Assembly (NCBI GenBank): GCA_963664325.2
Contig: CAXXDQ010000004.1
Span: 256,001 to 320,000, forward strand
Direction of reading: 5' to 3'
Length of the DNA: 64,000 nucleotides
Source: Desulfomonilia bacterium
GTDB taxonomy: Bacteria; Desulfobacterota; Desulfomonilia; UBA1062
Shown here: in pieces, positions 24,446 through 34,330 of the stretch
Position numbering within the stretch: the stretch's first letter is position 1
Layout of the letters: every line of letters begins with the position of its first letter
Program-made: the position numbers and the translations under genes
The notes under the pieces: generated by a model
Told to the model about the DNA's origin: nothing
The model's database searches: none
Seen by the model: only the letters and a program-made list of their open reading frames with translations

Positions 24446-25849
24446 TCAGCTTGAAAGGCGTCTTACATATTTTGCATAATTAATAAAATGCGAAAGCGCC
24501 TTAAAGCCAATGTCCGGCTGCTCCATGACATGTATATTCAGGCCGTTGAAGAATTCCCGCGCATATGCGTTCACTTCTCTGAACGCAATAGGCACGACAG
24601 TCTTAGATAAAGAACCGGAATACCTTAAAAATGCGCTGTTGATACGAGGCGAGAAAATATCGTCAGGACCTGGGGGCGATATGCACAAAGGTGCAATTAT
24701 CGAGATGCGGTTCTCTTCAAGCAGGACATCGAAAACCGGATCCAGACCGGACTGAAAGCCCGAGCCGGTAACGTCAAGGGGGTTGTCAGGCTGTGCGAAT
24801 TCGGGAAGGATTTTCTTGAGCTTCTCAATAGTATCACCGCTCAGTTCGGGCAGGCGGATCCCGTATTTTTCACACAAGTCCGCATACATTCCGCAAAGTC
24901 CACCCGACAGCGTGTATATGCATAGCCCATCGCCATCCGGTATCCTGCACCTTGAAAAAAAGGAAGCCGTCTCTACCATCTCTTCTATCGAATCAACCCT
25001 TATAATGCCGAGCTGCCTCAAGGCGCTGTCAACAATCGCATCATCTCCGGCGAGAGCTCCGGTATGCGAACTGGCCAGATTTATCCCACGTGACGATCTG
25101 CCCACCTTTACAATGATTATCGGAATGGCCTTTGATGCTGCGGTTTTTGCAATTGCTTTCAGTTTCGTTATATCCCTGAAGCCTTCAAAAAAAGCCGTGA
25201 TTATCTTTGTTGAGGCATCGTTCACAAGGAATTCCATGATATCTTCGGCTGCAAGTACAGCCTCGTTTCCAGTCGTAGAATAAATCGAAATGCCCAGGCC
25301 TTTGACTATGAGTTTGCTCACGAGGATCTCGCTTGTTGCACCGCTCTGGGCGATAACGCCAATGCCGCCCGGGACCGGCACCCCTTCAACCGAACCCCCG
25401 ACAAAGACACTTGAGTGCGAGTGAGGGTTGATAAAACCGAGACAGTTGGGACCCATAAGCAGGATATCGTTCTCTTTGCAGAACCGTGAGAGATCCGACT
25501 GCATGGCCCTGCCCGGTTCTCCGGTCTCGGCATAGCCTGAAGTAAGCAGCAGAATATTCTTTATTCCTATAGAAAGAAGTTTGCGTAGCGTATCTTTTAC
25601 AAGTGAGGCCTTGACCATGACGACACCGAAATCAAAAGGGGCCTTCGGGAGAACCTCAATGCTCCTGTATGCTTTTATTCCCGTCACCTCGTCGGCAGAC
25701 GGGTTTACCGGGTAGAAGGTCCCGTCGAACCCGAGAGTGGCGGCATTCATAACAGCATTGGCAAACCAGAAATTTTTCGTGCTGGCGCCGACGACTACAA
25801 TATGACGGGGCGAGAAAAACTGTCCAAGTCTTTGGTATGAATTATCCAT
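24446..25849 (-). CDS. Acyl-CoA synthetase (NDP-forming) alpha-type subunit (CoA-binding plus ligase domains, no ATP-grasp)
   Basis: VVGAS, YPVNP, MGPNCLG, AQSG, SSHTGALAG (phospho-His) and DNPLDVTG. Confidence 0.88.
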   Translation of the reverse strand: MDNSYQRLGQFFSPRHIVVVGASTKNFWFANAVMNAATLGFDGTFYPVNPSADEVTGIKAYRSIEVLPKAPFDFGVVMVKASLVKDTLRKLLSIGIKNILLLTSGYAETGEPGRAMQSDLSRFCKENDILLMGPNCLGFINPHSHSSVFVGGSVEGVPVPGGIGVIAQSGATSEILVSKLIVKGLGISIYSTTGNEAVLAAEDIMEFLVNDASTKIITAFFEGFRDITKLKAIAKTAASKAIPIIIVKVGRSSRGINLASSHTGALAGDDAIVDSALRQLGIIRVDSIEEMVETASFFSRCRIPDGDGLCIYTLSGGLCGMYADLCEKYGIRLPELSGDTIEKLKKILPEFAQPDNPLDVTGSGFQSGLDPVFDVLLEENRISIIAPLCISPPGPDDIFSPRINSAFLRYSGSLSKTVVPIAFREVNAYAREFFNGLNIHVMEQPDIGFKALSHFINYAKYVRRLSS

Positions 25850-25869
25850 CAGATCTCCAGTAACCGGAT

Positions 25870-26898
25870 TTATTTAATGGGGGTCCCGGCAAAATTCCCG
25901 TATTCGGAAAAACCTGTGCCTGCGAAAATTCTGGAAGGCCCAGTCTTTGGTTTCAGTTCTCCTTCGAAAAGGAATCCCTGCATGCCGCCGCCGGGAATGA
26001 TCTTGGCCAGAGGGGTGCTGCTCTTTGCCGTGTAATTGAACACCCCTTCCTTTGACTCCATCTTTCCCTGCCATTTCATGGGTCTGCCGATTTTATTCCC
26101 GTTTCCGTCTTCATCTTCTATAATTTCGAGATATTTAACATGAAGGCCTTTCATCGCCATAACGGATCTGTCCGGGAATTTTGCGGCCGAGCGCAGACCG
26201 ATAAAGGCTTTTGATTTGTATCCGAGAAACAGCCCTGCCGCGGAATCGAACGGCGCATCAGGCGTATGAAACGCAAGCACATCCCAATGGTAATGAATAG
26301 GCAAAAACTTTGTTATATCAAAAGGAAGCGAGAAGCCGCAGACATGCTCAACCACGCCGAAGCCATTTAGTCCGGTATTTATACCCTCACCCTGAACCGA
26401 CACGCCGACTTGACAATGCTGTCCGATATAATGCAGAAGGCTGCCCCATTTCGACCACCATACCGGCCATCCCGATATGAAATCGAAGCGGGCAACTGTG
26501 CCGGTACCGGGCATCTTGAAATGCATGCCGTATTTCCCTTCCGCTCCCTGAAATTTAAAGATGCCGTTAAGCTCGACATTGAAAGGATGCTTGCTTGAAG
26601 AAAGTGTTTCTGTATCAATTTCTTTTGTTTCCACATGCAGTCCGTGAATGCCTGCATAAGCAATCATCAACTCTGAGTGCCTGTCCATTCCCTCAAAAGA
26701 TGCAATAGGGTGCATCTTTTTCCCGCACGAGCGCATAAACATATGAGCTTTGAGCCAGAGCAGTTCCTGATCCTGGGGAAAAATTGCAATCGCAAACCAC
26801 CCGTCCCATGATGAACGGGGCTTGAATGAAACCAGATCGCGGGGTTTTGGCTTCACATTCACGAACTTCTGATCAACCGGGAAATAGAATCCTGCCAT
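25870..26898 (-). CDS. Hypothetical protein, beta-rich (possibly CrtC/AttH/tocopherol-cyclase-like)
   Basis: Long ORF with host-like codon usage, aromatic/Gly-rich beta-strand pattern and terminal GTGFSEY. The fold assignment is tentative. Confidence 0.6.
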   Translation of the reverse strand: MAGFYFPVDQKFVNVKPKPRDLVSFKPRSSWDGWFAIAIFPQDQELLWLKAHMFMRSCGKKMHPIASFEGMDRHSELMIAYAGIHGLHVETKEIDTETLSSSKHPFNVELNGIFKFQGAEGKYGMHFKMPGTGTVARFDFISGWPVWWSKWGSLLHYIGQHCQVGVSVQGEGINTGLNGFGVVEHVCGFSLPFDITKFLPIHYHWDVLAFHTPDAPFDSAAGLFLGYKSKAFIGLRSAAKFPDRSVMAMKGLHVKYLEIIEDEDGNGNKIGRPMKWQGKMESKEGVFNYTAKSSTPLAKIIPGGGMQGFLFEGELKPKTGPSRIFAGTGFSEYGNFAGTPIK

Positions 26899-26976
26899 AA
26901 GGTCCCTAACCTTTTTAAGATCTAAACTGACATATTGAAGAAGAAAAATCTGCAAAAAAATCTGTACGCATCAGAT

Positions 26977-27009
26977 AAAAATAGGCTGCCCGGCGGGCGC
27001 CCGGCAGCC
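26977..27009 (-). terminator. Putative intrinsic terminator
   Basis: GGCTGCC...GGCAGCC stem followed on the minus strand by a T-rich tract, just after the small zinc-finger gene. Confidence 0.45.
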
Positions 27010-27045
27010 CTGGTAAATTGGGAGGTAAACGAACAGAGTTGTTTT

Positions 27046-27276
27046 TTATAAAAACATACCCGCCAGTTTCGGCCAGTATGTCGAGCCCCAGATGTTAATC
27101 ACAGGATCGGCATGACATTTGGGGCAGAAATTTTTCTGTGAGATTTTTTTTGTTTCGATTCCAGTTATTTCAGTCTTCATGCAATCACCGCATAAAGGCT
27201 CACCGCATTCCTCGCAATATGCCACCGGATAATTCCCGCATTTGCATATCTCATTGGTCTTTCTGGCTGCCAGCAT
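27046..27276 (-). CDS. Small B-box-like zinc-finger protein (~76 aa)
   Basis: AGGAGGAG RBS before the ATG at 27276; CKC...CEECGEPLCGDC...FCPKC. Confidence 0.7.
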   Translation of the reverse strand: MLAARKTNEICKCGNYPVAYCEECGEPLCGDCMKTEITGIETKKISQKNFCPKCHADPVINIWGSTYWPKLAGMFL

Positions 27277-27457
27277 ATATCTCCTCCTGGAGGTTTTTAA
27301 TATTATATTGCCAGATGCGTGCCAGAAGACTGATTCAGGCAACCTGCCGGAATTACATAGCATACCGAAAATTGAAATATGTGGCTGTTGCCATTTGACC
27401 ATTAAGACGTATGGTATAAAACCCATAGATCAGGCAATTTCAGATAATAATTAACAT

Positions 27458-28153
27458 CTACAGCATTGTTCTTATCCTGTTCACCATGCCAAGCATTTTA
27501 ACGACAGGTATCATTATCATGGGTGCTGAATAGCTGACCGGCCTTTTTTCAATACATTTTATCAGGTGGCCAACTGCTTTTTTCGTGCTCATCATGAACG
27601 GGAAGAAGGTTCCCTTTGCCATCTTTGTATCGACAAAGCCGAATCGTACATTCGTTATATGAACGCCCTTCGGCCGTACAGCCAGTGCGAGGCCTTCGAG
27701 GTAGTTTGAAAAGCCAGCCTTTGAGGCGCTGTAGCTCGGAGAATCAGGGGCAAGCATCCCGTCCGCCATGCTTGAAAGGCCGATAAAATGACCTTTTCCA
27801 TCTTTCACCATTACCGGGATCACGCAGGAGGCCGCTTTAACCAAACCGACAAGATTGACCTCAAATATTTTTTCTTCGTCTTTCATGTTGGAAAGGTCGA
27901 GCAATTCTCCTATTCCGGCGCAATATACGCACAGATCGGCAGACTCCTTTTCCATGGCGGATTTCAGAAGCGAAGAGAAATTATCATCTTCTACCGTGAT
28001 GAGCGTATGTGAATAAGCATCTTGTTTTACAGGAGACGGGCTTCGTGAAAAGCCGTTTATTCTCCAGCCCCTGTTCAGGAGTTCATGGGTGAGGGCCAGT
28101 CCGATTCCATCCGAATTGCCTATAATAAAAGCTCTACCAGCTATCATATTCAA
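27458..28153 (-). CDS. Short-chain dehydrogenase/reductase
   Basis: GNSDGIG, CAGI, SS...YSASK catalytic motif and GFVDT. Confidence 0.9.
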   Translation of the reverse strand: MNMIAGRAFIIGNSDGIGLALTHELLNRGWRINGFSRSPSPVKQDAYSHTLITVEDDNFSSLLKSAMEKESADLCVYCAGIGELLDLSNMKDEEKIFEVNLVGLVKAASCVIPVMVKDGKGHFIGLSSMADGMLAPDSPSYSASKAGFSNYLEGLALAVRPKGVHITNVRFGFVDTKMAKGTFFPFMMSTKKAVGHLIKCIEKRPVSYSAPMIMIPVVKMLGMVNRIRTML

Positions 28154-29133
28154 TAACCGTATTTTTTAAGGATACCGGAAGGATCGGTTTTAGTATCACG
28201 TCCGTAATGCCTTAAAAGCATGTCACACCTGTCCGTAAAGATTCCGTCCGCACCGAAAAGGTTTACTAATCTCGCCTGCCACAGGGCGTTGATTGTATAG
28301 ACATGTACGATAAGCCCAGCTTTATGCGCCTTTCGGATATTCCCCGGCCAGGCGATATAGCCGACAGGACCGACCGCATCGGCAATGGCGGCGGCGTCTT
28401 TTACGATCTTATCCCAGCCGGATTCCTTCTCCATTTTTTCATCCACGAGGTAAACCCTGGATATTTCCGGGGCAAGAGCTTTGAACCGTTTAAGGCTTTC
28501 AAGGCTGAATGACTGAAAGACAACCTTTGATTTGTCAAGCCAACCTGCGGATTTCAAGAGCGAGACAATCTTTTCCTCAACACCGGGGTTTATCTCAGGG
28601 CTTTTGCTTTCGATATAAAGCCTCTGCCCGGACCTGCCTGATGATGCGATTTTTATAACCTCTTCAAGGCTCAGGATGGACAGATTCTTATAAGACGGCC
28701 TTGCCCTGTCCGGATTTTTCCTGTTGAACCATGAGCCCGCGTCGAGCCTTTTCAACTCGGACAGTGTAAATGCCGAGACAGCACCCGATTTTTTTTCCGG
28801 AAAAATTTCGGCCACATTGGTAGTCCGCTCAAGGGTATCATCATGAAAAAGGACCGGTACACCGTCCGATGTAAGCTGGATGTCAAATTCGAGATAATCA
28901 GCCCCGAGTTCACGGGCCAGAATATAGGCCGGTTCGGTTTCTTCAGGGGCATACCATGAAGCCCCCCTGTGTGCGATCACGGCTTTTTCAGGTATCCCTG
29001 TTTTCGTAAAAAGACTGATGTCGGCATCGGCAAAGGCCGTACTACCTGCCATGATCACGGAATAAACAGATGAAATTAATATTACCTGTTTCATAATAGA
29101 CGCCTTTTTAAAAATACGGGCATATTGGTTCAT
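28150..29133 (-). CDS. Glycerophosphodiester phosphodiesterase (exported)
   Basis: IAHRGAS..APEET, LEFDIQLTSDG..VLFHD, YIESK and GADGIFTD. Confidence 0.92.
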   Translation of the reverse strand: MNQYARIFKKASIMKQVILISSVYSVIMAGSTAFADADISLFTKTGIPEKAVIAHRGASWYAPEETEPAYILARELGADYLEFDIQLTSDGVPVLFHDDTLERTTNVAEIFPEKKSGAVSAFTLSELKRLDAGSWFNRKNPDRARPSYKNLSILSLEEVIKIASSGRSGQRLYIESKSPEINPGVEEKIVSLLKSAGWLDKSKVVFQSFSLESLKRFKALAPEISRVYLVDEKMEKESGWDKIVKDAAAIADAVGPVGYIAWPGNIRKAHKAGLIVHVYTINALWQARLVNLFGADGIFTDRCDMLLRHYGRDTKTDPSGILKKYGY

Positions 29134-29181
29134 TTATCCTCCTGATGTGGGTTCATACCTGAACGGCGGTTTTGAAAAGGC

Positions 29182-29274
29182 TGGCGGAGAGAGAGGGATT
29201 CGAACCCTCGGTAAAGCTTTTGACCCTACATTCGCTTAGCAGGCGAACGCCTTCGTCCACTCGGCCATCTCTCC
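29182..29274 (-). tRNA. tRNA-Ser (GCT)
   Basis: Reverse complement is GGAGAGATGGCCGAGTGG...TTCGC-CT-GCT-AA-GCGAA...long variable arm...GGTTCGAATCC...CGCCA. Confidence 0.97.
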
Positions 29275-29436
29275 GTATTCTGTAAGAAAAAGCAGGGACT
29301 GCTATAACTATTACGGTCGCCTGCTCGTTCTAACTATCTAATATGCCTACACTTTGACCTGCAAGCACCTTGATGGCAGGATGAATACCATGCATGCCCA
29401 ATCGAGTAAAGAAGAAACATATACGCCTGTCATAAG

Positions 29437-29465
29437 AAAAAAGCCGTCTTCATGACGGCTTTTTT
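29437..29465. terminator. Bidirectional intrinsic terminator between the two tRNAs
   Basis: AAAAAAGCCGTC-ttcat-GACGGCTTTTTT is a perfect hairpin with A/T tails. Confidence 0.8.
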
Positions 29466-29475
29466 GCGTTTTATC

Positions 29476-29563
29476 TGGCGGAGGGAGTAGGATTCGAACC
29501 CACGGTGTCGTGAAACACTGCGGTTTTCAAGACCGCCGCCTTAAGCCACTCGGCCATCCCTCC
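29476..29563 (-). tRNA. tRNA-Ser (TGA)
   Basis: Reverse complement is GGAGGGATGGCCGAGTGG...GCGGT-CT-TGA-AA-ACCGC...GGTTCGAATCC...CGCCA. Confidence 0.97.
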
Positions 29564-29576
29564 GACTCAAGACTCT

Positions 29577-30839
29577 CTAGCGTATTGGCTCTATCAGGTC
29601 AAGCTCCATGTAGGGCTTTAAAGCCTCGGGAACTCTGACTGTTCCGTCTTCGTTCTGGTAGTTTTCAAGTATGGCCGCGAGTGTCCTTCCTACTGCAAGG
29701 CCGCTGCCGTTGAGCGTATGGCAGAACTCGCTCTTTTTCATCTGGACTGACCTGTAACGGATGTTGCCGCGGCGTGCCTGAAAGTCCGTAAAGCAGCTGC
29801 AGGAGGATATCTCCTTGTAAACACCCTGTCCGGGCATCCAGACTTCGAGGTCATAGGTCTTGGCCGAAGAAAAGCCCAGGTCTCCTGTGCACAGAGAAAT
29901 GACCCGGTAATGAAGCCCGAGCTTTCTGAGGATATCTTCCGCTTCACTGGTCAGCTCTTCAAGGTCGACAAACGAGCGGTCCGGATGGGCGAACCGTACG
30001 AGCTCGACCTTGTCGAACTGGTGCTGCCTGATAAGCCCGCGTGTGTCCTTGCCGTATGAACCCGCCTCGCGCCTGAAGCACGGGGTATAGGCCACGAGCT
30101 TGATCGGAAGCTTTTCTTCTGGCAGCGTCTCGTCGCGGTATATGTTTGTCACCGGCACTTCGGCTGTCGGCACCAGGAAATAATCGTCTGTCCTGAACAG
30201 GTCTTCTTCGAATTTAGGAAGCTGTCCCGTGGCCGTAAAGCTGTCGCGGTTGGCCATGAAAGGCGTCCATACCTCGGTACAGCCATGCTCTTTCGTGTGG
30301 ACATCCAGCATGAAATTTATAAGGGCCCTTTCCAGCCTGGCGCCGGTGCCCCAGTTCAGGCAGAAACGCGCCCCTGTAATCTTAGCGGCTCGCTTGAAAT
30401 CAAGGATGCCGAGGTTTTCGCCAAGCTCCCAGTGCTCCTTGGGGGTAAACGCAAACCCCGGCTTCCCGCCGATTGTCCTTATGACCGGGTTGTCCTCTTC
30501 GGATGAGCCGACTGCAACCGTTTCATGAGGGATATTAGGGATGCGCTTGATGATGTCATCAATGGCGAGCTCCAGATCTTTCATCTCAGTGTCAATGACC
30601 TTGATGCGCTCACCTATCTGCCTGATTTCCTGCTTCTGCTCAGGAGAGCCGCCCTTGTTCTTCGACATCTGCTCAGAAAACTGGTTGCGCTTAGCCTTGA
30701 GTTCATCACCTTCCTGAATTATCGAGCGCCTTCTGGCATCAAGTTCAAGGAGTTCTTCAAGGTCAACTTCGGTGCCGCGGTTTGACAGCGATTTTTTAAC
30801 AATTTCCGGGTTTTGTCTTATAATTTTTATGTCCAGCAT
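29577..30839 (-). CDS. serS: Serine--tRNA ligase
   Basis: MLDIK N-terminus, [31 protein letters not shown] and [12 protein letters not shown]. Confidence 0.98.
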   Translation of the reverse strand: MLDIKIIRQNPEIVKKSLSNRGTEVDLEELLELDARRRSIIQEGDELKAKRNQFSEQMSKNKGGSPEQKQEIRQIGERIKVIDTEMKDLELAIDDIIKRIPNIPHETVAVGSSEEDNPVIRTIGGKPGFAFTPKEHWELGENLGILDFKRAAKITGARFCLNWGTGARLERALINFMLDVHTKEHGCTEVWTPFMANRDSFTATGQLPKFEEDLFRTDDYFLVPTAEVPVTNIYRDETLPEEKLPIKLVAYTPCFRREAGSYGKDTRGLIRQHQFDKVELVRFAHPDRSFVDLEELTSEAEDILRKLGLHYRVISLCTGDLGFSSAKTYDLEVWMPGQGVYKEISSCSCFTDFQARRGNIRYRSVQMKKSEFCHTLNGSGLAVGRTLAAILENYQNEDGTVRVPEALKPYMELDLIEPIR

Positions 30840-30939
30840 TCCGATAAACTAGCATTGAGGAAAACAAGCGTCAAGGAATTGATTCCATAAGGCTTTTGTG
30901 TCATTGTAATAGCAATTTCCCAAATTCATTTCGGAGGGG

Positions 30940-31980
30940 TTGATGATTTTTCATGTAGTCGGTGCGCGTCCGCAGTTTATCAAGCTTTCACCGGTGCTTA
31001 AGGCATTCAGAAAAGAAGGCCTGATTTCAAAGACCATCCATACCGGCCAGCACTATGACTATGCGATGAACGGACTGCTCTTTAACAACCTGGGCCTGCC
31101 CGAACCGGATTTTCACCTGGGCATCGGTTCCGGATCGCATGCCGTTCAGACGGCAGGGATGCTCAAGGGAATCGAAAATATCCTCATCACTGAAAAACCC
31201 GGACTTGTTATAGTTTACGGCGACACCAACTCGACCCTGGCAGGCGCCCTTGCCGCATCAAAGCTTAATGTAAGGGTGGCCCATGTCGAGGCCGGGCTGC
31301 GCAGCTTCGACAAAAGGATGCCGGAGGAAATAAACCGCATAATCGCCGACAGGCTTTCCGACTACCATTTCTGCCCGACCGAGAATGCCGTCAGGCTGCT
31401 TGCGGCAGAAGGCATGAAAGGAATATTTACTGGTGATGTCATGGTGGATGCCCTGCTTGATTATTCAAAGAAGCTGTCACCGCCGCCTTATACAAAACCA
31501 TATATACTGGTCACGATTCACCGCGCGGAGAACACCGATAATCATGAGAGGTTTGAGGCCATATGGCAGGCGGTTAAATTGCTTGCGCAAACAACTAATG
31601 TGGTCTTTCCCGCCCACCCGAGGACCAAAAACCTGTTCGGCAGCATGTTGAAGGGTGCAGGGAAGATTTCCGTGATCGAACCTGTGGAATATACGGCCAT
31701 GCTTTCCCTGACAAAGCATGCCGCCTGCATCCTGACCGATTCGGGTGGCCTGGTCAAAGAAGCCTTTTTATTAAAGACGCCCTGCGTGACGGTCCGTTCA
31801 ACAACCGAATGGCCGGAAACAATAGAGGCAGGGGCGAATGTCCTTGCGGATGCGTCACCAGAAACGATTGTAGCAGCCGTGAACAAAATGAAAACAGCCA
31901 GCGTCAACCCCGCTGCCATGCCATTCGGAGACGGGACCGCTGCCAAAAAGATCGCCTCATTCATCAGGAAAATAACTTGA
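30940..31980 (+). CDS. wecB: UDP-N-acetylglucosamine 2-epimerase (non-hydrolysing)
   Basis: VGARPQFIK, HTGQHYD, HVEAGLRS..MPEEINR and TDSGG. Confidence 0.93.
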   Translation: MMIFHVVGARPQFIKLSPVLKAFRKEGLISKTIHTGQHYDYAMNGLLFNNLGLPEPDFHLGIGSGSHAVQTAGMLKGIENILITEKPGLVIVYGDTNSTLAGALAASKLNVRVAHVEAGLRSFDKRMPEEINRIIADRLSDYHFCPTENAVRLLAAEGMKGIFTGDVMVDALLDYSKKLSPPPYTKPYILVTIHRAENTDNHERFEAIWQAVKLLAQTTNVVFPAHPRTKNLFGSMLKGAGKISVIEPVEYTAMLSLTKHAACILTDSGGLVKEAFLLKTPCVTVRSTTEWPETIEAGANVLADASPETIVAAVNKMKTASVNPAAMPFGDGTAAKKIASFIRKIT

Positions 31981-32020
31981 AACAGTGCAGAAAAGTTGTC
32001 CTGCTTTTGTCAAAGCCCTG

Positions 32021-33409
32021 TCAGCTTTTCAGTTTTTCCGCGTTTTTGTTCATGGCCTTTTCAAAGGCGGCAGTGCGGCCCTTTTCAAGGCTGCCGACAA
32101 GGCTTGAAAGGTTGTCCAGGTAGGCCTTAAGCGTTTCAAGAATGAAGGGGTTTTCCCTGAGCATTGTTGCGTATAGATGCGGGTCCTGGCCGTGGATGCG
32201 ACCCCATATCTCGGCGGACTTCCTGGAATTTGGCGTTGAAAAGGGTTCCAGCCTGTCAGGGTGTCCTGCAATATTTAGGATTGTTGCAAGTTTGGCGACG
32301 CTGTCTATATGTTCGAGCCCCTGCGTCATGGTTACAAACCTGTCATGCTGTTCCGGAGTCGACCTTGTAATGTTCGCACCGTGCTTGAAAAGAAGGTCCT
32401 CGAATTCCTGAGCCATGGGTCCCGACCTTTCAGTCGGGATCGATATTATGTTCTGGCCCCTCAGGCTCTCCACGCCGGGTCCGAACATCGTATGAATGGA
32501 AAGCACCTCCACTCCCTTGGGCGCCGACTCCAGCATCGCCTTAACCGCCTTTGTTTTTATGCCGGTGTTGTCGATCAGGAGCTGGCCTTTTTTCATAAGG
32601 GGCGCGATCTTTCTGATCACATCCGCCGAGTGGTCAATCGGGATATTTACAATTACCGCATCGCAGGTTTTCGCGCATTCCTCATGAGAGAGAAAGGTTT
32701 TACGGCCTGCGACAAAAACCCTGTAACCGAGGCTTTCAAAAAACGGCACAAGGAACGAACCCATTTCACCGGTCCCGCCTATAATGCCTATAGATCTGAT
32801 CAACGGCTCATTGAAAGGCTGGTAGGGATATGAGCCCAGCGTTATTACTTCTGTATCGGAGAGCGTCGCCTGAATATCTTTTATGCACGCCCTGACGCTT
32901 TCGCTGCTTATATGCCCTTCTATATCAATATAAAAAATGGAAAGGCCTTTTTTATCAGGCCTGCGGTCTATGTCGGTCATGTTGAGGTTATAACGCACGC
33001 TTATTATTTCAATCATGTCAAAGAGGAGCTTGACCCGGTCGCGCTGGGGATAGATGACAAGGCTGGTTACGTCTTTGCCGGTAGGTTTTGTCTTTCCGCC
33101 GCCTACAAGAATGAACCGGGTTTTATCCTCGCGGCCGTCTTCTGTTTTGCCTGATGCAATTATCGTCGAGCCTGTAATCGACAGGCTGCCGTGATATTTG
33201 AGAAGGCCGTCAAGGGTCTGTGCATATCGGCCAGTGATCAGGTTTTCAACGGGCACAAAACCTGAAGCTACTTTGCCCGAAGAGACGGCATTGAAAACTG
33301 CATCAACGGACGGGCTCGCCGAAGGAAGCGCATGGGGCAGATAGGGTTTTAAAGCGTTAAGCGAAAGCCTCTCAAAATTTTGAGCATAAGCAACTGTTCT
33401 GCCTGACAT
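32021..33409 (-). CDS. tyrA: Fusion of an internally deleted prephenate-dehydratase-like domain, an ACT domain and prephenate dehydrogenase
   Basis: VPVEN...TRF and an ACT domain ending LGSYP, then GIIGGTGEMG, SIHTMFGP and EQHD..TQGLEH. Confidence 0.75.
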   Translation of the reverse strand: MSGRTVAYAQNFERLSLNALKPYLPHALPSASPSVDAVFNAVSSGKVASGFVPVENLITGRYAQTLDGLLKYHGSLSITGSTIIASGKTEDGREDKTRFILVGGGKTKPTGKDVTSLVIYPQRDRVKLLFDMIEIISVRYNLNMTDIDRRPDKKGLSIFYIDIEGHISSESVRACIKDIQATLSDTEVITLGSYPYQPFNEPLIRSIGIIGGTGEMGSFLVPFFESLGYRVFVAGRKTFLSHEECAKTCDAVIVNIPIDHSADVIRKIAPLMKKGQLLIDNTGIKTKAVKAMLESAPKGVEVLSIHTMFGPGVESLRGQNIISIPTERSGPMAQEFEDLLFKHGANITRSTPEQHDRFVTMTQGLEHIDSVAKLATILNIAGHPDRLEPFSTPNSRKSAEIWGRIHGQDPHLYATMLRENPFILETLKAYLDNLSSLVGSLEKGRTAAFEKAMNKNAEKLKS

Positions 33410-33496
33410 ATCCTGTATTTACCACCTTTATGTGTGCTGAATACCATTCCTTAATTGTTTCATCAAACAAATTTCCCAGCATGATACCAGCAAACG

Positions 33497-34330
33497 CTAT
33501 TGAAGGTATGTGCACGCCCCCATATACCTGTCGCGGTAATACTGCATGTTAAGCGATTCCTGGCGAATGGGTTTGCCCTTGCCCGGGGCATGAATAAAAA
33601 TGCCGTCGCCTACATAAATCCCGACATGGCTTATCTGACCGGTTCCATTTGTCGTAAAGAAAAGAAGGTCTCCTCTGTCAAGGTTTTCAGGGGCCACCGG
33701 AGTGCCATTGCTGTACTGGTCCTTTGACGTCCTCGGCACAACCAGGCCGTTCAGCTGAAAAACGGCCATCACAAGGCTGCTGCAGTCAAAGCCCTTTGTG
33801 GGCGAGATATCCCCCCACTGGTAGGGCAGGCCGATAAAACCGTTTGCGGTTGCGGCAATGTGATCCCTTAGCGTATCGCCTGTTATGGTTATGCCTTTAC
33901 CCGGAGCAATCCCTTTTGTCTGGATATATTCACCCGGGGAGATAATATGAAAATTTTCGACAATACCCTTTCTGACAAGTTCAGCGGCCGCTTTTTCCGC
34001 CTCACTCTTTGACTTGTAATCCCCGAATCTGACCCTGTACAAGCCGGCGGAATTTTTATAATAAAATGCATCAAGGCCCTGTTTCTCAAGCGATTTCGTG
34101 AGCCTTACCGCATTATCTACATTGGAAAACGCGCCGACCTGAACGGTATACCCCATGCGCTTCAGCTCTGACGCAGCCGGTTTGCCGGTGACCTGTACCT
34201 GCTCTTTATTAACGGGATATCGGGGCAGCGGTTTTACACCGGGCTTGTGAGCACATCCTCCAAACAGAATCCCGGCAACGGTTAACGCTAGCGCGAAGGC
34301 AACAGTCCCTTTCAAATGCCCCAGGGCCAT
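33497..34330 (-). CDS. Lipoprotein with SPOR and NlpC/P60 peptidase domains
   Basis: Lipobox-like GGC, YTVQVGAFS, YRVRFG, GFDCSS and SHVGIY..FIHAP. Confidence 0.92.
   Translation of the reverse strand: MALGHLKGTVAFALALTVAGILFGGCAHKPGVKPLPRYPVNKEQVQVTGKPAASELKRMGYTVQVGAFSNVDNAVRLTKSLEKQGLDAFYYKNSAGLYRVRFGDYKSKSEAEKAAAELVRKGIVENFHIISPGEYIQTKGIAPGKGITITGDTLRDHIAATANGFIGLPYQWGDISPTKGFDCSSLVMAVFQLNGLVVPRTSKDQYSNGTPVAPENLDRGDLLFFTTNGTGQISHVGIYVGDGIFIHAPGKGKPIRQESLNMQYYRDRYMGACTYLQ

Noticed and set aside
29182-29563. tRNA-Ser genes as integration sites of a genomic island or prophage
   Set aside because: No integrase and no duplicated tRNA 3' end seen in the window; flanking genes are ordinary metabolic genes.
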